IMG/VR virus record: IMGVR_UViG_3300028589_000001
DNA: 64,000 nucleotides
Source: a virus
Strand: one strand, 5' to 3'
Shown: one piece after another, positions 58,910-64,000 of the stretch
How positions within the stretch are numbered: the first letter of the stretch is position 1
Layout of the letters: each line of letters begins with the position of its first letter
Position numbers and translations under genes: made by a program
The notes under the pieces: model-generated
Databases searched by the model: none
What the model saw: the letters and a program-made list of their open reading frames with translations, nothing else
What the model was told of the DNA's origin: nothing

Positions 58910-59159
58910 GGGAAAATCCTTAGAAAATGATTGATCAAAAAATGAGCAGTAAACGGCCCCATTATATAAAGGGGTCTACTCCGTCCCCTTCGCTTAAAGC
59001 GCGAAAGCTACCGGAGGTAGCCCCCAGGCTCCGCACTCCTCCCCTACTTCTAGGGGAGGTCGAGCACGGGCCGGCGCGCCCCTAGCTGACCGGCGCAGCC
59101 GGTGCTGCGACGGGGATGCGCAAGGCACGGGCGATGACCGAGCCGTAATAGACGCACAA

Positions 59160-59190
59160 CGAAAAAACCCCGTCACATGGACGGGGTCTT
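59160..59190 (-). terminator. intrinsic terminator (minus-strand sense)
   Basis: CCCCGTCacatgGACGGGG followed by T6 on the minus strand (A6 on plus). Confidence 0.45.
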
Positions 59191-59420
59191 GTTAGAAGTG
59201 TCAGCAGGGTCAAGGCTTAATGGGCGATTGGTGTGTGTAACCCGCTGACAGGGATGAATATAGGATTGTGGTGTTCATATGTCAACAGGACGCTCCAGTC
59301 TACGCCGTACACCGCTGTCGGGCAGCACCGCTGCGCGGTCAGCCCTCGGCGCTTACCGGCTTGACTGTTCGCTGGTGTAATTGGGGGTTAGAATGCTGTC
59401 TAACACCCAATAGGAGGCCA

Positions 59421-60704
59421 ATGATGGCTGTATGTACTCTTGACGCAATGGGTAACGCCACTTGCGGCACCGGGGATTGGAACGGGCCTAAACCCGGCGA
59501 CCCGGACATGACGCACCTGTTGCTGAAGGCTACAGCAGCTTTCGGCGGCATTGATGTGGAATGGACGTTCCCTAACATCAACCCAAACGCAGTAGCGTAC
59601 ACGATCATCTATCGTAGCCTGCTGCCGGACCCGCTTAGCGCCGTACAGATCAAGTTTGCCCAGGGCAACTTCTATTACGACGCCCTGCCGGCCGAAGACA
59701 AGAACCGGTATTTCTACTGGATTCGTGTTGTTTCCATCTACGGCACACAGGGCGATTTGATCGGCCCAGCGTCCGCGGTGTCGAAATCTCGTATTGAGCA
59801 GACTATTGAAGAGCTGACTGGCAAGATTGACGCCGGTGTACTCGCGCAGTCTCTCAAGAAGGAAATTGACCGTATTGAGCTGAACAGTCTGGGCATTACC
59901 CAGGAAATCCTGGACCGGGCTGCGAATGATGATTCGTTGGGCGCACGTATCACTGAAGTGTCGGCATTCACCGGCGATACCCGGGCACTGCTACAGGAAG
60001 AGGTCCTGGCGCGCACATCCGCTAACGAAGCGTTCGTCTCTACGGTCAACACTCTCTACTCGACTTTGAACGGCAACATTGCTGCCGTACAGACTCAAGT
60101 GACGGCATTGGCCACACAGAACAGCGCTCTTGCACAGCGGATGGACACTCTTGAAGCTCAAGTCGGTGACGACCTGGCTCAAGTAATGCAGCAAATGCAG
60201 GTGAAGATTGATACGGTTGACGGCAAGGTAACTGCCATCGGCGCCCTTTGGACTGCACAAGTCAACGTCAATGGTTTGATTGGTGGTTTCGGTGTCTACA
60301 ACAATGGTCAAACTGTTGAAGCTGGCTTTGACGTTGACCGGTTCTGGATTGGCCGCACTGGCACCAACAAGCGCAAGCCATTCATCATTGATCAGGGTAC
60401 CGTCTACATCGACGAGGCTGCGATCAACAAGCTGGTGTTCAGCAAACTTCGCGATGAGTCTGGCTCGCTGATCGTTGAGAACGGTAAAATCAAGGCCCAG
60501 TACCTCACTGTTGAAACCTTGATTGCCACCGAAGCACGTTCTCCTGACTACTCGCCTGGTGTGCGAGGTTGGTCCCTGAACAAAGATGGTACAGTGGAGA
60601 TCAACGGCAGTGTGGCGGGGCAAGGCCGGATCAGGATCACCAACCAGTTGATCCAGGTGTTCGACAGCAACAACGTACTGCGTGTACGCATGGGTATTTG
60701 GTAA
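59421..60704 (+). CDS. tail fiber / host-specificity protein (DUF1983-like C-terminal region)
   Basis: AGGAGG SD before MMAVC; GLIGGFGVYNNGQTVEAGFDVDRFWIG matches the J-protein/DUF1983 fingerprint; coiled-coil mid region. Confidence 0.6.
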   Translation: MMAVCTLDAMGNATCGTGDWNGPKPGDPDMTHLLLKATAAFGGIDVEWTFPNINPNAVAYTIIYRSLLPDPLSAVQIKFAQGNFYYDALPAEDKNRYFYWIRVVSIYGTQGDLIGPASAVSKSRIEQTIEELTGKIDAGVLAQSLKKEIDRIELNSLGITQEILDRAANDDSLGARITEVSAFTGDTRALLQEEVLARTSANEAFVSTVNTLYSTLNGNIAAVQTQVTALATQNSALAQRMDTLEAQVGDDLAQVMQQMQVKIDTVDGKVTAIGALWTAQVNVNGLIGGFGVYNNGQTVEAGFDVDRFWIGRTGTNKRKPFIIDQGTVYIDEAAINKLVFSKLRDESGSLIVENGKIKAQYLTVETLIATEARSPDYSPGVRGWSLNKDGTVEINGSVAGQGRIRITNQLIQVFDSNNVLRVRMGIW

Positions 60705-61393
60705 TGACAGCGGGTATCACGGTTTACAACACCGGCAACATAGTTCAGATCGACGAAACGTACCGAAACATGGTACTGCTACGCTCTGGGCAGTTCACGG
60801 CTAACCTGGCTAATACCACTGCCGACCTTTGGTACAAGAACTTCTTACAGGATACTTGGGTAAAAACAACCAAGCATGCGCAGCTGTTCGTTACATGCCC
60901 TAACCCAGGCATCACCATGGGTGCAGGCTCTTACCGTAATGGGTACAAGATCCCTAACTTCTTCTATCCGCAAGGGCAGTCGGTAACCTTCCAGTTCTAC
61001 ATTTACGACCTGGTTGGTGCTGCACTTTCTGACCGTGTAGGCCTACAGATATTCGACGGCGCTGCCACCTTGGTATACAGCGCTTATGACTACCCGTTGC
61101 GCTTAATACACCACTTCAGGGCTAGTGGTCAGGGTACTGGCACACTGGTTTACACAGCACCACACAGCAATATTGCAATCGCCAGTGCTGGAGGCGGATA
61201 CGCATGGGATGACGATGGCGTAGACTCGGAATCCTTCTTTACCCGTCTTTGGACTGCTGGGGCTCAAGTGCACGCACGTACAGTAAGTTATACCAACCCT
61301 GGCGGTGCCGGGGGCGGTGGTTACGGTGACCCGGACCCCGTGGTGCAGGTTGCTGATATTTCCAACGTTCCACTTAACTATGTGAGGCCTTAA
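60704..61393 (+). CDS. hypothetical tail-associated protein (229 aa)
   Basis: Start overlaps the previous stop (TAATG); Gly-rich GGAGGGGYGDPDP. Confidence 0.5.
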   Translation: MTAGITVYNTGNIVQIDETYRNMVLLRSGQFTANLANTTADLWYKNFLQDTWVKTTKHAQLFVTCPNPGITMGAGSYRNGYKIPNFFYPQGQSVTFQFYIYDLVGAALSDRVGLQIFDGAATLVYSAYDYPLRLIHHFRASGQGTGTLVYTAPHSNIAIASAGGGYAWDDDGVDSESFFTRLWTAGAQVHARTVSYTNPGGAGGGGYGDPDPVVQVADISNVPLNYVRP

Positions 61394-61687
61394 ATGCCAC
61401 AGGGTTTACAAGTATTTAACCCCGACGCAACATTGCGTAACGACATATCCGACAACCTAACCCGGGTCTTGGGTTCTATAAAGGCCCCTTCGACCTTCGG
61501 GCGCGTTGCTTGGCCGTACCCTGCCATCGTAGCTTCTCGACGCATGGTTACCACTGTGTCTAACGTGCCTAGCGCCCCCAACGACGTAACAACGGCGTAT
61601 GCTTTTTACGACGCGGCCGCGGGTAACGTGTATTACAACCAGGGCGACGATAAAGCGCCTATTGACATCCTTTTCATGACTTATTGA
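61394..61687 (+). CDS. hypothetical protein (97 aa)
   Basis: ORF on the operon strand. Confidence 0.45.
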   Translation: MPQGLQVFNPDATLRNDISDNLTRVLGSIKAPSTFGRVAWPYPAIVASRRMVTTVSNVPSAPNDVTTAYAFYDAAAGNVYYNQGDDKAPIDILFMTY

Positions 61688-61751
61688 GTGGATAGCACTC
61701 ACCGGGCATACACTGTAGACTTGCTGCGGCAAATAACCTATAGGAATGCCC

Positions 61752-64000
61752 ATGACCACCACTGTACTGTTCACTTTCGTGGCCCCCGATGGTAAACCCA
61801 TCGCGGACACGGAATTCGTGGTGACGCTGCGTAAAGCAGCGTTTCACGAAGATAATCCAGGGCTCATTTACCCGGATACCGTAAAAGGTGTCACTGACGC
61901 TGATGGCCTGTGCTCTCTGGAACTGCAACCGGCCAACAAGCCTTACTACCTGTCCATGGACCTGTCTGGCACCGAATTCGAATCCGAATGCGGCGCTGCG
62001 CTGCGTTTCCGTTTCATGGTGCCCGTATCCGCCGTACCACTGCCGATCCGTGACTTGATCGTCACTGACCCTACTTGGTCCCAGCCGTGGGACGAACTGG
62101 CACTACAAACCATCATCGACGCCAAAGCTGCGTCGCAAGCTGCAGCTGCAGCGGCTGCTGTGAGTGAAGATAACGCCGCCAACAGCGAGGTGGCTGCTCA
62201 AGCCAGTGAAGCGGCTGCTGCCGACTCTGCCGCCAGTGCGCTGATCAGCAAGAATGCCGCCAAGGCAAGCCAGGACGCTGCACTGGTATCGCAGAACGCG
62301 GCCAAGGCCTCGGAAACTGCTGCCAAGGCGAGCGAGACCGCTGCTAAGACCAGCGAAACCAACGCTAAAACCAGTGAGACGAATGCCAAGTCCAGCGAGA
62401 CTGCTGCCGCTACAAGCGCTGCTGCTGCTCTGGCCAGCGAAGGTAAAGCCAAGACCAGCGAAACGAATGCCAAGGCATCTGAAACTGCTGCTGCTGGATC
62501 GGCTACCGCTGCGGCGGGCTCTGCTGCTGCTGCACTGGTGTCTCAGAATGCTGCCAAAACCAGCGAGACCAACGCCAAAACGTCCGAAACCAATGCTAAG
62601 TCCTCGGCTGATGCTGCAGCGGCTTCAGCTTCTGGCATGCAACCACGGAGCCCCAAGCTGACGGCTATCGCGGCCGCTGTATGGTCCGCTAACCAAATGC
62701 TGTATTTGACCGGCGCCGAGAGTGTTGCTGTAACTGGTTTGACGGCCGCTGGCCGCGCCTTGCTGGACGACGCTGACGCTGCCGCACAACGCACCACCCT
62801 TGGTTTGGGTACCAGCGCAACACTGGCCGCCACTGTTACCCAGGCACACGACGCAGCGCAGGACTTGCCTGACACTTCGGTAACCCGTGTGGGTGAGGCT
62901 GTGTATGCAGCTCGCAAGAACTTTGGTTTCTACTCGGGTAGTACGCCCACGTACAATATCGACACACTGCCTGCGGGCTGGTGTGGTCTGTTGTCGTCAA
63001 GCGTTGCGGGCACAAAACCGCCGCTCACAGGTAGCTTCTTCTGGCTGGAATCCCAGTCCACGTATACAGGGCAGTCTGCAGTACAGATTGCTTATCAGTA
63101 TGCCGGGGGCGCCACCTCCGGCACGCTGCTGGAACCGCGTATGGCTATGCGCGTGCGAAACCAGCCAGGTAATGCCTGGAGCCCGTGGGGTCTGGTCCTG
63201 ACCAGCTATGACAAGGTGTCCGATAGTGCTGATGCCACGGCAGATAAGCTGCTGACGGTAGGCTACCGTGGCCTGGGGGCTCTGGTTTCCCCTACCTTGC
63301 TTGACTTAAGCGCGCCTGCTGACTTTGTAAATGGCTTCGGGTGGACCACTTCTGGAACTCTTAACGTACCCGTTGGATATGCCTCCGGCAGCAACGTATT
63401 GAGCCTGTCGTCTAGTGCTGCTGAAGGTTTCCAGATGATCTTTTCGCGAAACACCAGTGGTCGTTTCGCTGTACGGCGACGTATCAGCAACAGCTGGGGT
63501 GCTTGGGTAGAGCCGGTGTTGCCAGGTGATTTCGGTCTGGGTACTGCCAACCCCAACCTGGCGGCCGGTACGCAGCTTGACAGCTTGAACACCTCTTGCT
63601 TGTTCCAGGCTAGCGATGCTACTCCACCTGACTGGTCTGGCCCAGTCAGCGGTAACTACCCCATGGGTATCAGTTTCTACCGTAGCTCCATAGTGCGCGC
63701 ACAGTTGGCATTGTCTTACGGAAATGCTGCCAACGCCGGCGCTTTCCGCCGTGCTACCACGGGTTCGGGCTGGGGTGCTTGGTCCAAGTTGCTGGAGCGT
63801 TCTGACCTGGTAGGTACCGTATCCGGTACGTCTGCTGCACCGACGGGCGCTGTCATTGAGCGTGGCAACAACGCCAACGGTCACTACGTCAAGTACGCTG
63901 ACGGCACTATGATCTGCTGGCGCCGTGCTACTGATACAGGCTTGGCTATCAGTACCGCCATGCGCGGGGCATTCCGCAGCGATATAGTTGCCTGGACGTT
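61752..64000 (+). CDS. tail fiber protein (partial, runs off window end)
   Basis: Open frame from the ATG at 61752 to the window edge; tandem AAK(A/T)SETNAK repeats; C-terminal ...NGHYVKYADGTMICW receptor-binding-like region. Confidence 0.7.
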   Translation, partial: MTTTVLFTFVAPDGKPIADTEFVVTLRKAAFHEDNPGLIYPDTVKGVTDADGLCSLELQPANKPYYLSMDLSGTEFESECGAALRFRFMVPVSAVPLPIRDLIVTDPTWSQPWDELALQTIIDAKAASQAAAAAAAVSEDNAANSEVAAQASEAAAADSAASALISKNAAKASQDAALVSQNAAKASETAAKASETAAKTSETNAKTSETNAKSSETAAATSAAAALASEGKAKTSETNAKASETAAAGSATAAAGSAAAALVSQNAAKTSETNAKTSETNAKSSADAAAASASGMQPRSPKLTAIAAAVWSANQMLYLTGAESVAVTGLTAAGRALLDDADAAAQRTTLGLGTSATLAATVTQAHDAAQDLPDTSVTRVGEAVYAARKNFGFYSGSTPTYNIDTLPAGWCGLLSSSVAGTKPPLTGSFFWLESQSTYTGQSAVQIAYQYAGGATSGTLLEPRMAMRVRNQPGNAWSPWGLVLTSYDKVSDSADATADKLLTVGYRGLGALVSPTLLDLSAPADFVNGFGWTTSGTLNVPVGYASGSNVLSLSSSAAEGFQMIFSRNTSGRFAVRRRISNSWGAWVEPVLPGDFGLGTANPNLAAGTQLDSLNTSCLFQASDATPPDWSGPVSGNYPMGISFYRSSIVRAQLALSYGNAANAGAFRRATTGSGWGAWSKLLERSDLVGTVSGTSAAPTGAVIERGNNANGHYVKYADGTMICWRRATDTGLAISTAMRGAFRSDIVAWT
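62200..62620 (+). repeat. tandem coding repeats (Ala-Lys-x-Ser-Glu-Thr-Asn units) in the tail fiber gene
   Basis: Repeated gccaag(g/a)c(c/g)agcgaaac(c/g)aa(c/t)gc units, read directly. Confidence 0.6.

Noticed and set aside
58994-59176. 60-aa minus-strand ORF in the GC-rich divergent region
   Set aside because: Pro/Ala/Arg-rich translation, typical of a GC-rich noncoding frame. No RBS, and it overlaps the terminator hairpin.
62198-62473. Ala-rich 91-aa minus-strand ORF
   Set aside because: Reverse complement of the tail-fiber AAK-SETNAK repeat region; a shadow frame.
1-64000. CRISPR array, integrase or attachment sites, transposase-like mobile elements
   Set aside because: No spaced direct-repeat array was seen, and no integrase- or transposase-like ORF was seen. 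The organisation is that of a lytic N4-like genome.

Overview
This window reads as a near-complete section of an N4-like (Schitoviridae) podophage genome with high GC content, consistent with the Pseudomonas-infecting N4 relatives. It falls into four transcription blocks. (1) 1–20890, minus strand: the early and middle region. It holds a long run of small ORFan genes, the two subunits of a T7-like phage RNA polymerase II (motifs DxxCSG, HDEF, DKRGRLYA), a Dda-like helicase, a MoxR AAA+ ATPase paired with a VWA protein, and a second AAA ATPase. (2) 21900–47116, plus strand: the late region. It holds a putative small terminase, large terminase, portal, scaffold, major capsid, several virion proteins, and a 3373-aa virion RNA polymerase with T7-like B and C motifs. 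A dUTPase on the opposite strand is embedded here. (3) 47260–58909, minus strand: a replication and recombination module. It holds an AEP/PriCT primase fused to a P-loop domain, a Cas4-like nuclease, a Sak4/RecA-like ATPase, an SSB-like protein, a RuvC-like resolvase, and an SPFH/band-7 lipoprotein with a small transmembrane partner, flanked by two unusually large structured noncoding regions. (4) 59421–64000, plus strand: tail fiber and host-recognition genes, the last one running off the window. No DNA polymerase or lysis cassette was found, so those presumably lie outside the window. Intact tRNAs and CRISPR arrays: none could be supported. The observations most worth a second look are: a family of at least nine paralogous small early proteins sharing a C-terminal P-x-E-I-x-L-x-x-x-L helix motif (three read QLxLxL, the clamp-binding-like variant); the SPFH/transmembrane-partner island with its repeat-rich and palindrome-rich flanks, including an orphan plus-strand terminator and tRNA-like T-arm fragments; two replication proteins sharing a -DDLFG tail; and a repeat-rich junction between the early and late blocks.
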